Source of the DNA: Squalus acanthias
Lineage: Eukaryota
Assembly (NCBI GenBank): GCA_030390025.1
Contig: CM059425.1
Coordinates: forward strand, 142,042,001-142,106,000
Length of the DNA: 64,000 bases
Reading direction: 5' to 3'
Numbering within the stretch: position 1 is the first letter of the stretch; every line of letters begins with the position of its first letter. The notes beneath the pieces were generated by a model. It searched no databases. It was not told the origin of the DNA and was given only the letters and a program-made list of their open reading frames with translations. Positions 40,701 to 55,700 of the stretch are shown piece after piece. A program made the position numbers and the translations under genes.

Positions 40701-43700
40701 CATTCCCCTTTCAGGCAGTGCATTTCAGATCATAACTCCTCAAGTAAAAAAATTCTCATCTCCCCACTGGTTTTTTTGCCAATTTTTCTTAACTCTGTGT
40801 CCTCTGGTTACCGACTTTTTTGCCACTGGAAACAGTGTTTCCTTATTTACTCTATCAAAACCCGTCAAGATTTTGAACACCTCTATCAAATCTCCCCTTA
40901 ACCTCCTCTGCTCCAAGGACCCCAGCTTCTCTCGTCTCTCCACTTAACTGAAGTCTTTCATTCCTGGTGCCATTCTAATAAATCTCTGCGCCTTCTCCAA
41001 GGCCTTGGCATTCTTCCTAAAGTGTGGTGCCCAGAATTGGACACTATTCCAGCCAAGGCCAAACCAGTGATTTATAAAAGGTTTATAAAAGATTCCCCAA
41101 TGCTTAGGTTTTCAAGGTTTTTGCAAATACTGTTAGAGGATCTCCTAAACTTAAATCTTTTGATTCCTCCCCAAGGCCAAATGATAATAGAACAGTTTTC
41201 AAACCTTTCTGCTTGGGGGCCACCTCTTAATCCTATGTTTGAAAGATAGTGTCAGCTAGCTAAAGAAAAATGGTGCCATCATTGCAGAAAACTTCAATGG
41301 ATAGCTGATCTCCCCTGGCATTGCTCACCATTTATCACTGCTCTGCTACCTCACCACTTTCTACCTGAATGCAGGTTTACAGATTGCTTCTGGAATGGCA
41401 GGCCTGACTAAAAGAAAAAACACGTGCTACACCACAACCATGTCCATTACTATATTTGGATGCCCTCGACAAGCCTGGGCAAAACTATGAGAATATAAAC
41501 TTCTGTTTTTGAGTTAGTCCAAGATAGACTTTTGTTTTCCAAACAGGTATGCATTTTAGAGTCAGAAGGTGTTTTGTTTATTACTGTTAACTAAATTGTG
41601 CATGAACCGAAGATGTTTAATTCTAATGTTGATTTTCTAGTATATAATAAATGATCGTTTTCTTTACAAAACCATGGTTTATGTCTGAATTTTCTTTAGG
41701 AAGAAGAGCCCATGAAGGAAAGATAAAATTAAATCGTGTGGAGATGAAAAGGCATTTCCCCAAATTTTGCCCCTACACCAGTCCCCAGAACTATGGTACG
41801 ATTATGCTACTGCGTAATACCTCACTTGCATTACTTTTTTTCCATTTTATAAACAAATCTGATTAATAAGTTGGCAATCACAAAAAAAGTGTCTTCCAAA
41901 ATGGTGCAAGATGTGGTGGAATCCTACTGCCATCCAGTGGCAGGTTTATAGCAAAAAGGAAAATTGCCTGCCTGATGGTCTGTAAAGCCCATATTTTTTA
42001 AACACATTGGGCCAGAAATTCGGGTTGGAGGCTTCCCGCGGGCGCAAGCCCCCGACCTTCACTTACCTAGCGCGCCTGCCGTTGTGCTGTGGGCCCGCGT
42101 GGGATTCCGGTCCTGGGCCTCCACCAGCTGCCGGTGTGCAGTGCTTGCGTATCCCAGGGGCGTAGTTAGTTCAGAGCGTCCCCTGGGATCACGTGGGCCA
42201 TGGAGAGTCAATCGGAGCAGGGAATCTCCATTTATAGATTTGACAGGAAGACCTGTCAAATCTATGAATAGAGATCACCCCCAAAACCTAACTAAAACTT
42301 CAAATAAATTTTTTTTTTAAATCACATTTTTAAAATAACTATAAATTACATAAATTAACTTTTAAACAAAAATTTTAATTTTTGAAAACATTTACAGTTT
42401 TTAACGGGGCTAAAAATAAACTTACCTTTCTTTAAAGTATTTAAAAAAGATAAACTTGTGGAAAATGTGTTTAAATTTCACTTAATTCACCACTTACCTT
42501 GTTAAAAGCAGGCCTTGCGCCTGCTTTTTCCCCACGCAGCTGCCAGGGACTTACCTTCACTTAAAACCTCTAAAAAAAAAACGGAAGTTCGCTGCGTTCG
42601 CGCTGCCTCTCCGGCGCACGCATTTGACCTCCAAGGTAACGGAAGTTCCGGTTTCCAGCCCATGCGCGAAACCGGCACTTTCGTTGGGTCTACGGGGGAG
42701 TACACAGCGCGTACTCACCCGTAGAGACCCGAATTTCTGCCCCATTAAGGTTTAGTTCCAGTTTATAGGAAACACTTGCTTAAAGGAGATGCCTGATGTG
42801 GTGGGCACGAGTGAAGAGTATTGGGAAAGAGAACCTGAACCAAGACATTCAAAATGTTTCGACAATATCGAAGTTTGGAGGGACCATCTGTCATTGGTAT
42901 TGAATTTGGTAGCAGGTCTAGGGAGATTCTTGCATAGAATTACATAGAATATACAACACAGAAACAGGTCATTTGGCTCAACCAGTCCATGCTGGCATTT
43001 ATGCGCCACTCGAGCCTCCTCCCATCCTTTCTCATCTAACTATCAGCATAACTCTATTCCCTTCTCCCTCATATGTTTATCTAGCTTCCCCTTAAATGAA
43101 TCTATACGATTCGCATCAACTACTCCCTGTGGTAGCGAGTTCCACATTCGCGCCATTCTCTGGGTAAAGAAGTTTCTTCTGAATTCCCTATTTGATTTCT
43201 TAGTGACTGTTTATATTGATGGCCACTGGTTTTCCTCTTCCCCACAAGTGGAAGCACACTGTCTACTCCATCAAAACCTTTCATAATTTTAAAGACCTCG
43301 ATTAGGTTCCCCTCAGCCTTCTCTTTTCAAGAGAAGAGAAAAGAGACCCATCCTGTTCATCCTTTCCTGATAGGTATAGCCTCGTTCTGGTATTATCCTT
43401 GTAAATCTTTTTTGCACCCTCTCCTGTGCCTCTATATACTTTTTATAATATAACTGCACACAGTACTCCAAGTACTCTAACCAACATTCAATCCAAGTTT
43501 ACCATAACCTCTCTACTTTTCAATTCTATCCCTCTAGAAATAAACCCTAGTGCTTGGTTTGCTTTTGTTATGGCCTTATTGACGTGCGTTGCAACTTTTA
43601 GTGATTTGTACTCCCAGATCCCTTTGCTCCTCTACCCCATTTAGATTCTCATTTTCCAAGTAATATGTGACCTCCTTATTTTTCTTACCAAAATGTAATA

Positions 43701-46700
43701 CCTCACACTTATCTACATTGAAATTCATTTACCAATTATACACCCATTCTGCAAGTTTATTAATGCCTTCTTGTAATTTGTTGCACTCTTCCTCAGTGTT
43801 GACTATCGCTCCCAATTTGGTGTTGTCTGCAATTTAGAAAGTGTTTTTGATTCCAGAGTCTAAATCGGTAATATAAATTGTGAACAGTGGTCCCTGCACT
43901 GATCCTTGTGTGACCCCACTTTCCACCTTCTGCCACTCTGATTAGCTACCCTTTACCCCTACTCTCTGCTTTGTCTTTCAGTCAGCCAGCTATCCATTCT
44001 GTTACTTGTCCCCTGACTCCACATGCTCTGACCTTATTCACGAGTCTATTATGTGGTACCTTATCAAAGGCTTTTGGAAATCTAGATATTACATCTACTG
44101 CATTACCCTGGTCTACTCTCTTACCTCTTCAAAGAATTCAATGATGTTGGTCAAGCAAAACTTCCCTTTTGAAATCCATGCTAATATTCATCATTATAAA
44201 TTTTGTTTCTAGATGTTTTCCTATATTCTCCTTTAGTAGGGATTCCATTATTTTTCATACTACTGATGTTAAACTGAGTGATCTATAGTTCCCTGGACAT
44301 GTTCTATCTCCCTTCGTAAATATAGGAATAATGTTAGCTATCCGCCAGTCCTCTGGCACTACTTTTTCTAACAAATTATTAAATATGTGTAATAGTGCCT
44401 CCGCTATCTCTTCTCTAGATTCTTTTAGAATGCGTGGATGGAATCCGTCTGGACCAGGGTTTTATCCTCAGAGTTTGATTAGTTTATTTAATATTTCTCT
44501 TTATTTTAAATGCAGTTATATCATTTCTAATCTCATCTTCCAATGTCATGTCCACTTGACCAAGTTCTATTCTCAGCCCCTCAAAATCAGCTTTTCTCCT
44601 GATCTTTGTCATGCTTATGTCCTTCTCAATTATTATCCTAAACAGTATTATATTATGGTCACTATTGCCTAGATGTTCCCCTACTTTTACTTCTCTTATT
44701 TGCTGTGGTTCATTCCCCATTACCAGATCCAGTAGCAAATCCTCCCTTGTTGGGCTTCTTACATACTGGGTTAAAAAGGAGTCCTGTGCACGTTGTAGGA
44801 AATCCATTCCCTTATCCCTGTTATCTACCTCTTCTGTCCAATTAATATCGAGGTAGTTGAGATTCCCCACGATTATTCTTCTATGTTTGTTATCATTTCC
44901 CTAATTTGTTTTCATATTTCTTCCTCCATCTCCCTTCCACTATTAGGTGGTCTGTAGACTACCCTTATTAATGTGATTGATCCTTTTTTAATCTCTCATC
45001 TCTATCCACATGGATTCTATTTCTGACTCGCTGATGGCTGCGTTATTTTTTCTACTGCCATTATGTTATCTCTAACTACAACTACTCCACCTCCCCCTTT
45101 CTATCTTTTCTAATTAGGTTATACCCTGCAATGTTTAATTCCCAGTCCTGAATTTTCTGTAGCCATGTCTTAGACTATATCTGGATCCTTGCAATGCATT
45201 ATTGCCTCCAGTTCCCCTATTTTATTACAGACAATGAGTGCATTGCTGTACAGACAGTTTAACTCATTTTTAATAGCAGTTCCTCTCACTTTATTTTTAA
45301 TCATCTTTTTATACTTCTGTTCTATAACTGTTTATTTCCTGGCTATTTATGTCCTCCCTTACTTTATTCTGTCCCATGCTCTCCTGTTTTGTTTACATTC
45401 AAACTTGTTTCATTTCTTGTAGATCCCTCCCCCCATCTTACTAGTTTAAAGTCTTTGCAATCTCCCTATTTACTCTTTCTGGTTCAGGTGGAGTCCGTCC
45501 CATCGGTACAGCTCCTTCCTGTCCCAGTACTGGTGCCAGCACTCTTTAGCCGCGTATTAACCCGCCTGATCTGTCTGTCTCTATGCCAATTTGCACATGG
45601 CTCGGGCAGTAATCTAGACTCTCGAGGCCCTGCTTTTTAATTTAGTTCCCAACTCCTGATACTCCCTCAGCAGGACCGCCTCCCTGTTCCTATCCATGTT
45701 GTTTGTTCCAACATGGACCACAACTAGATTCTCCCCTCCTTTTTCAAATTCCTCCCCAGCAGCCTCAAGATATCCCTTATCCTAGCACCAGGTAGACAAC
45801 ACACCCATCGGGACTCTCGATCATGGCTGCAGAGAACGCCATCTATCTCTCCCCCCCCCCCCCCCCCCCCCCCGGCTCCACTAGAATCCCCTATCACGAC
45901 CACATTTCTACTCTGCTCTTCTTTACCCCCTCCATACGCGCCCCCCCCCCCCCCAATAGAAAACAATTTGTGCGTCAATTTGAGAAAAAAAAACAAGTTT
46001 CAGAGTTCAAATCTCAATGGTCAGGTGAACTGTAAACTCCTGTTCCAGGCCAGGATTCAACAGCAGTATCCATCTGTACCCGCTGACCCACAGTAACTGA
46101 CGGAGCAATTCTCTTGAATTTGACTCAGCTGATTTTAAGGTGCCTGCGCTGTTGTTAACTAAGAAATCTTGCTGGGGGCTGACAATCTCTGATGCTGCTG
46201 CTTCAAATTGAAAAACAGCTGTACAATGGAGATCAACTGAAGCAGAAAATAACATTAAAATGGAAAAGTTAACTTCCACTTTGCCTCTAGGAATTAGGAC
46301 TGAAAAAAACTGATTAATCAAGATAATTGATTAAAAACTTTGATATATCAAGACTCTGACTAATGTTTTCTTCAGAGTGATATATTTTCTTTCTGCATCA
46401 CTTTAAATGATCTTAAACATTTCCAAGATTCTATTTTATTTTTCAGTTCTCCTTCCAACTTAACCCTCCCAAAACTTCTCTTATAACCCAAATTTTGTTC
46501 TTCTAAAACCATTCATGTCCATATTGTTATTTTAGGTCATAACCTTTAATGCAACATCAAATCTAACTGTATAATGATCACCCAGTCAGGGTTAATTGAT
46601 CTATTTAATAGGGAAGCTAGATCAATATCTGTTGAAAAGAGGGAGAAGATGGAATTGTAGGTTATAGAGAAATTAACAGCATTGTTTGACTTTTTTCTCC

Positions 46701-49700
46701 CTCCCCATGGAAGGTAGGTAAAGGAACTTGGTGTTTCTTAAAGTAGGGGTCGGGACCCAACAGACAATGGTGGAAAAGTGCATGATAAAATAATCATACG
46801 AGACTTTGGATAGAACAGAGAGATGCCCAGGATGAATTTGTATAACAGCACAATCAGTTTGGTGGTTATTTTCCCTCTGCAAAATGACAGGAGCATAGGA
46901 AGTACTCAACCATCCATTCAGCTATCTGTTGTTTAGTTACAGTTTTCCCTTATGTTTTTGTTCCGTTGTAAGCAAACAGCTACCTTTTAAATTTCTAAAC
47001 TGCTCTGTGCAAGAGACAATAAATTAATGCTCTGCGAGGATCTACATAATAGAAATGTCATTCCAATTCTGACTTGTGCGGCAGCCGTTAAAACAGTGGG
47101 AAAATTTCATTGCCCAAATTAAACTGAAAGAAACAAAGACTTACATTTATTTAGCACCTTTCACGACCACCGGATGTCCCAAAGCGCTTTATAGCCAATT
47201 AAGTACTTTTTTTGAAGTTTAGTCACTGTTGTAATGTAGGAAATGTAGGAAACTAGGAAGAAACTTTAGGTAAAAACGCCAACTGAGTCATAAGGATCGC
47301 CCTGTGAGAATTCCAATTTAAACACAGTTGGGTTACATTAAGTACTTTATTGGCTGTAAAGCGCTTTGAGACGTCCAGTGGTCATGAAAGGCACTATATA
47401 AATGCAAGTCTTTCTTTCTTTATTGAAGGCTTGCAGTTCACGAAGCCTGCAAGCTGAAATTAACACTAACAAATGGGCAATTTTCCATATTAGAAACTTA
47501 AGCTCACATTTGAAGAGATTCAAGTGAGGTGTACATTAGCTTGTGGAAAACTAAATTAATTTTCAATGTGGGAACCAGCAGGGGCCTTATTCTATACAAT
47601 TTCCAAATAGCTTGCATAAAACAGGCGATGATCCACTGGTGACGATCCACTGGTGACGGACGCAAACCTCGCTGAGTCAGATGATAAAATATTACTATTT
47701 CTTCATATGCATCTTTAGTTAGGTCAAGACACCAAGTTAAAAATGAAGTTAAGTCAGCTAACTTGGCTGCACCTCTAAAGCACCGTGGGAAATTTTTCTA
47801 CGTTAAAGGTGCTATATAAATGCAAATTGTTGTAACCAATGTTCCCTTTAAGCTGCGCGGCTGTGCCCGCGCAGCAGGCTCACCAGCTTTCAAATAGGGA
47901 AAACCGCGCATGTGCGGTATTTTGAATGGTTGCACACCCCAAAAACAATTAAAGGGAACATTGGTTGTAACTATTGTCATAAGTCGTAAGACAAGAATAC
48001 GCAAACTGTCTTGGATCTGAATATAATTAAACTAAATATTCTTGGGCTAGGCTCATTTTTTGTTGAAGTTGTTTACATCTGTGACTTCCTTTTGTCAAGT
48101 AATTCATGTGAACAGTTTTGATTACTTGTAAAGATTACCCTGAGGGACATCTAAGCAGGCCCATGCTCTTGCATTACCTATTTTGTCGTAGCATTATACA
48201 GGTCAGGAGCTAAAAGGACCTCGGAGAAATTATTTTGAAACTGATGGTGTAAAATTACGTACTGTATTGTTAATTTTATCTACTGATTTATTTGTTCCTA
48301 TGTAACTTTTTTGAGATAAACAATTCACAGTTTAGCCTGAAATATATGGTCCACGCGCATGTTTGTTTTCACCCATTAGATCAGGAGTAGGTTGTGGACA
48401 ATCCATTCTATAACTGGTATAACCCAACTGCAAAAATATAGATTGCTAGCCCTTTGGCATGCTACATCCCATTCTTTCATTTTATAAGAGGCACAGCCGC
48501 TTATCAAAGCTGCCATACGCAATGAACACAAGACTGTTGGCAGATAACCCGATTTGTAACACCATTAATGATTCAAGTGGAAGATGAAGGACAGAAACTC
48601 TACATGATATTGGTTTTAGACCAATGTCGAGCAGATACTGGAGATACTCCAGAATGTGCAGGACATCACATCAGAGAACACCAGTGCACAAATCTTAACC
48701 GTTTTATGCCATAAATTCAACTAGTGGAAGCCTTGTAAAAATTAATCAGTTTATACCAGAGATGGGAGACCATGCTATAATAGTCGTCATCTTTTAATAA
48801 CCAGACATTGAACTGAAATGCCTCCAAATGTAACCCCACTATTTAAGAAAGGAGGTAGTGAGAAAACGGGGAACTACAGACCAGTTAGCCTGACATCAGT
48901 AGTAGGGAAAATGCTAGAATCTATTATTAAGGACGTGGTAACAGGGAATAGAAAATAATAATAGGATTGGGCAGAGTCAACACGGATTTATGGAAGGGAA
49001 GTCGCGTTTGACGAATTTGTTAGAATTTTTTGAGGTTGTAACTAGCAGAATAGATAAGGGTGAACCAGTGGATGTGGTGTATTTGGATTTTCAGAAGGCA
49101 TTTGGATAAGGTGCCACATAAGAAGTTATTAAACAAAATTAGGGCTCATGGGATAGGGGGTAATATACTAGCATGGATTGAGGATTGGTTAACGGACAGA
49201 AAACAGAGAGTAGGAATAAACGGGTCATTTTCGGCTTGGCAGGCTGTAACTTGTGGGGTACCGCAAGTATTAGTGCTTGGGCATCCACTAGTCACAATCT
49301 ATATCAATGATTTGGATGAGGGGACCAAATGTAATATATCCAAGTTTGCTGATGATACAAAGCTGGGTGGGAATGTAAGTTGTGAGGAGGATGCAAAGAG
49401 GCTTCAAAGGGGATAGAGACAAGCTAAGTGAGTGGGCAAGAACATGGCAAATGGAATATAATGTGGAGAAATGTGAAGTTATCCACTTTAGTAGGAAAAA
49501 TAGAAAAGCAGAGTATTTTTTAAATGGAGAGAGATTGGGAAATGTTGGTGTTCAGTGGGACCTGTGTGTCCTTGTACACGAATCACTGAAAGTTAACATG
49601 CAGGTACAGCAAGCAATTAGGAAAGCAAATGGTATGATGGCCTTTATTTCAAGAGGATTTGAGTATAAGAGTAAAGACGTCTTACTTCAATTATATAGGG

Positions 49701-52700
49701 CCCTGGTGAGACCACACCTGGAGTATTGTGTACAGTTTTGGTCTCCTTACCGAAGGAAGGATATACTTGCCATAGAGGGAGTGCAACGAAGGTTCACCAG
49801 ACTGATTCCTGGGATGGGGGGATTGTCCTATGAGAAGAGATTGAGTAGACTAGGCCTATATTCTCTAGAGTTTAGAAGAATGAGAGGTGATCTCATTGAA
49901 ACATACAAAATTCTTGCAGAGCTTAACTGGTAGATGCAGGGAGGATGTTTCCCCTGGCTGGGGAGTCTAGAACCAGGGGTCACAGTCTCAGAATAAGGGG
50001 TCAGCCATTTAGGACTGAGATGAGGAGAAATTTCTTCACTCAGAGGGTGGTGAATCTTTGGAATTCTCTACCCCAGAGGGCTGTGGAGGCTCAGTCGTGG
50101 AGTATATTCAAGACAAAGATCGATAGATTTTTGGATATTAAGGGAATCAAGGGATATGGGGATAGTGCAGGAAAGTGGAGTTGAGGTAGAAGTTCAGCCA
50201 TGATCTTATTGAATGGCGGAGCAGGCTCGAGGGGCCAAATGGCCTACTCCTGCTCCTATTTCTTATATTTGCTTGCAGTATTGAACAACCAACTGCGAGC
50301 AGAGATCTCTTGTGCAAGGATTCTGCCTTTGCTCATTGCAATGTTGTCCAAGACCTACAGTTTGCAGGGCCAGTGAGATGTCTGTCTGTGTGCCTTGGAA
50401 TGTTTTACTACGTTAAAGGCGCTATATAAATACAAGTTGTTGTTGTGCTCTCATCTATTAAATTAAAGATTCAGGGAAACAAGAAATGCATACTAAAACT
50501 TTTGCTTGTAGGAGACAACCCCCTCCAGGCTGACATGCCCTCTATCCTCAACCACTAATATAGGACCTAGTGTTAGTTCAGAAAGGAGCGCAGATCTATT
50601 TCCTGAAAATGTTCCAAGTTACTTACAGTGCAGCTTCCACTTGTGAGGGTGAACGGAGATGAGAGAGCGTCTGCAGCTATGTTGTCTACCCTGAGCGAAA
50701 GAGTAATCTTATGACTCAGTCAGTTTCATAGTAGCAGGATTGCATCCTGACAAAGGAAGCAGAGGGAAGTTCCTCCTCCATTATTGATCTAGAGGACCAT
50801 CGTGTTCTCACCATACATTCTACTGTGCTCAGGAAGTGTTCCAGAACTTACCTAATTGCCCTTAATTCCAGTTTAATTGTTGTGTGAACTGGACTGCTCT
50901 ATTGACTGGATTTGTGCTCGCTGACCTACATTGGCTCCCGATCCACCAACGCCTCAATTTTAAACTTAGTGGTCAAATCCCTCCAACCCCTTGCTATCTC
51001 GGTAACCTCCTTCAGCCCTACAACCCTCAGAGAACTCTGTGTTCTTCCAACTCTGGCCTCTTGTGCATCTCCCACTTCCTTCACCCCACCATTAGCGGCC
51101 ATGCCTTCTTCCGTCTAGGCCCTAAGCTATGGAAGTTCCTTCGTCTCTTCACCTCTCCCTCCTCCTTTAAGAAGTTACTTAAAACCTACCTTTTTGACCA
51201 ATTGTTTGCTCACCTGTTCTAATGTCTACTTCTTTGGCTCAGCATCAATGTTTGTCTGATTGCACTCCTGTGAAGCACCTTGGGATGTTTTACTACATTA
51301 AAGACGCTATATAAATACAAGTTGTTGTTTTCAAAACGGTGGCCTCAATTTTAACCCTCATCGCCCAGCGAAAATGGCACGTGGGGAATGGTTAAATTTA
51401 AGCTAAGTCGACTTACTGGCCTGAGCTCGCTCTGCATGCCAGAACTCGCTGTCTGGGCTTACACATCAAGAAAAGCCACTTGTGTGAGATAGCAGAAGGC
51501 TGCCAGCACTTGTAGAACCATGCATCAACAATAGTTAGCTCACCTTTGAGAGGGAAGCTGGAAGAAACCAAAAAAGAAAGCCTATATTGAGTTTACTTGT
51601 TGTGCCTGACTAGCTTTCGTACCCTTTTGAATTAATTCTTTGTGGAAGTCTTGAAAGAGTTTGAGATGCATTCACAACATTTGCTTCCTTGTTCTTCCCA
51701 CTCAACAGGCTGCTTCTTGGTTTGTGTGTTTCTAACCCAACTAGTTTGTCATTTTCATCATCATCTGCTATGGTCTCAGTCAATGGCACAGGTACGAGAT
51801 CCACACATTTAGTTAAACTGTAATGATCTGTAATGAAAGAAGGACAGATAATGAGATTATGTAGTCTCTGTAAAACTATTATCAACAAAGTGCTCTGAAT
51901 AAACCTTTTTTTTTTTAAAAAGTCAGTTTCCACATTAAACTGCAGGATAAGCAACAGGAAGGACACTGTTTGAACTAACATATGAGCCACATTGTTCAAG
52001 TGGTCCTTCCTCAACCCTTTCATAAAGACTGCCATCTGGAAATGTACATTAGTTCTTTTGAAAGCAAATTATTACAACAAGGAACCAGCTAACCACCAGT
52101 AATTCTGGCCAATGATGTGCCCTTTCATGAGCCTTAACTAAAGATGAATACTGGGAGGTAAGAGCAGAATAGAAATGTGGTAGTGATAGGGGATTCTATA
52201 ATTAGGGGGATAAATAGCGTCCTCTGCAGCCAAGAATGAGAATCCCAAAGGTTGTGTCGCCTACCCGGTGCCAGGGTAAGCGCTAACTCGTGGCGGCTGG
52301 AGAGGAATTTGGAAAAGGCGAGGGGGCGGGGGTAAATCCAGTTGTCGTGATCCATGTCGGAACAAACTATTAAAGAAAGGAGGGAGACAGAAAGCAGGAA
52401 ACTATAGGCCAGTTAGCCTAACATCTGTCATTTGGAAAATGCTGGAATCCATTATTAAGGAAGTAGTAGCAAGACATTTAGAAAATCATAATGCAATCAA
52501 GCAGAGTCAACATGGTTTTATGAAAGGGAAATCGTGTTTGACAAATTTATTAGAGTTCTTTGAGGATGTAACAAGCAGGGTGGATAAAGGGGAACTAGTA
52601 GAGATAGTGTATTTGGATTTCCAAAAAGCATGCGATAAGGTGCTGCATAAAAGGTTACTGCACAAGAGCTCATGGTGTTGGGGGCAATACATTAGCATGG

Positions 52701-55700
52701 ATAGAGGATTGGCTAACTAACAGAAAAGAGTGAGTCAGGATAAATGGGTCATTTTCAGGTTGGCAAACTGTAACTAGTAGGGTGCCACAGAGATCAGTGC
52801 TGGGGCCTCAACTATTTACAATCTATATTAATGACTTGGATGTAATGACCAAGTGTACTGTAGCCAAATTTGCTGACGATACAAAGATAGGTGGGAAAGC
52901 AAGTTGTGAGGAGGACACAAAGGGCTGGATTTTCAATGACCCGTGGAGTCGGGTTTGGAGGCGTAGGGGGGGGTTAAAGTTGCAGATTCGGGGGTCCCGA
53001 CCCCATCCCGCCTCCACGCAATTTTGACTAAATCGGTCACGGGGTTCCCGACTCCGTCCCGCCTCCAAGAGGCGGGAGAGGCCATTAAAGCCCTTAACAA
53101 GCCCTAAATTGGCTCTGTAATGCCATTTTGAAACTTTTAGCTAGTTTAACCCTTTTCCGACGTGAAGTACGCCTGATGTGAAACCTGGCGGGAGCACAAG
53201 TGGATAGCTGATTATCAGCTGCAGGTCCACTATTACAACGGAGATGTGATGAAGGTAGTATTAGTATTAGGTCTGAAAGTCGCCTCTGATGCTGCTGCAT
53301 TAAAAATTCATTCTCTCTCTCTCGCTGCTCATTTTGCATCAATGATGACATCATCAGAGGCGACTTTCAGACTGAAACCACTAATTAGTTCATGGGTTCC
53401 CACATGCTGGAACTCAATTGCCCAATTAAGTGAAAATTGCATCAATCTCCCACATCCAATTGCAGGCGGGTGGATAACACGAAATGCGGATGACACGACC
53501 CCAACCCGCCCCAGTATCAAAATCCAGCCCAAAGAGTCTGCAAAGGGATATAGATAGGTTACATGAGTGGGCAGATGGGGTATAATGTGGGAAAATGTGA
53601 GGTTATCCACTTTGGTAGGAAGAATACAAAAGCAAAATATTATTTAAATGGAGAGAGACTACAGAATGCTGCGGTACAGAGGGATCTGGGTGTCCTCGTA
53701 CAGTCACTGAAGGTGGGAATGCAAGTGCAGCAGGCAGTCAAGAAAGCAAACGGAATGATGGCCTTCATAGCAAGGGGATTTGAGTACAGGAGTAGGGAGG
53801 TGATGCTACAGTTGTACAGGGCCTTGGTGAGGCCACACCTGGAGTATTGTGCGCAGTTTTGGTCTCCTAACTTAAGGAAGGACATTCTTGCTATTGAGGG
53901 AGTGCAGCGAAGGTTCACTAGATTGATTCCTGGGATGGCCGGACTGACATATCAAGAAAGATTGGGTCAACTGAACTTGTATCCTCTGGAGTTCAGAAGA
54001 ATGAGGGGGGATCTTATAGAGACATTTAAAATCCTGACTGGTTTAGACAAATTAGATGCGGGCAGAATGTTCCCAATGGTAGGGAAAACTAGAACCAGGG
54101 GTCACAGTCTAAGGATTAAGGGGAAGCCATTTAGGACTGAGCTGAGGAGGAACTTCTTCACCCAGAGAGTGGTGAATCTATGGAATTCTCTTCCACAGAA
54201 GGTTGTTGAGGCCAGTTCGCTAAATATATTCAAAAGGGAGTTAGATATAACACTCACAACTAAGGGGATCAAGGGGTATGGCGAGAAAGCAGGAATGGGG
54301 TACTGAGGTAGCATGTTCAGCCATGAACGCATTGAATGGCGGTGCAGGCTCGAAGGACCGAATGGTCTACTCCTGTACCTATTTTCTATGTTTCTATGAA
54401 ACACAAAAAGTTAGCATGCAGGTAAAGCAAGTAATTAGGAAGACAAATGGAATGTTGGCCTTTATTGCAAGGGGGATGGAGTATAAAAGTAGGGGATTCT
54501 TGCTTCAACTGTACAGGCCGTTGGCGAGACGACACCTAGAGTACTGCGTACAGTTTTGGTCTCATTTATGGAGTGATATACTTGCATTGGAGGCAGTTCA
54601 GAGAAGGTTCAATAGGTTGATTCCCGGGATGAAGGGGTTGTCTTATGAGGAAAGGTTGAGCCTATACACATTGGCATTTAGAAGAATGAGAGGTGATCTT
54701 ATTGCAACATAAGATTCTGAAGGGGCTTGACAGGGTAGATGCTGAGAGGATGTTTCCCCTTGTGGGGGAATCTATAACTAGGGGGCATAGTTTCAGAATA
54801 AGGAGTCGCCCATTTAAAACGGAGATGAGGAGGAATTTCTTCTCTCAGAAGGTCGTGAATCTGTGGAATTCTCTACCCCCGCGAGCTGTGGAGGCGGAGT
54901 CATTGAATATATTAAAAGCTGAGATAGACAGATTTTTGAACTACAAGGGAGTCGAGGGTTATGGGGAACGGGCAGAAAAGTGGAACTGAGGCCAAGATCA
55001 GATCAGCCATGATCTTATTGAATGGCGGGGCAGGCTCGAGGGGCCAAATGGCCTACTCCTGCTCCTATTTCTTATGTAACAAACGACATAGGTAGGAACA
55101 GGGAGGAGGTCCTGCTAAGGGAGTATTGGGAGTTAGGAGCTAAATTAAAAAGCAGGACATAGAGGGTAATAATCGCTGGATTATTGCCTGAGCCACGTGC
55201 AAATTGACATAGAATCAGTCAGATCAGGAGAATTAACACATGGCTAAAGGGCTGGTGTGGGAAAGAGGGGTTCCTTTTCATGGGACACTGGCACCAGTAC
55301 TGGGACAGGAAGGAGCTGCACCGATGGGACCCGTGTCCTAGCTAAAATAAGAACATAAGACATAAGAACATAAGACGCAGGAGCAGGAGTAGGTCATTTG
55401 GCCCCTCGAGCCTGCTCCGCCATTCAATAAGATCATGGCTGAACTGATCTTGGCCTCAACTCCACTTCCCTGCCCGCTCCCCATAACCCTTCACTCCCTT
55501 ACCATTCAAAAATCTGTTTATCTCCACCTTAAATATATTCAATGACTCAGCCTCCACAGCTCTCTGGGGAAGAGAATTCCAAAGATTCACGACCCTCAGA
55601 GAAGAAATTCCTCCTCATTTCAGTTTTAAATGGGTGCCCCCTCGTTCTAGATTCCCCCACGAGGGGAAACATCCTCTCTGCATCTACCCTGTCAAGCCCC

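Larger units (their letters stand above)
52368..55077 (+). mobile_element. Nested CR1 3' half with 7-bp TSD AACAAAC
   Basis: Splits the HVGTND motif of the host ORF1; AACAAAC on both flanks. Confidence 0.85.
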
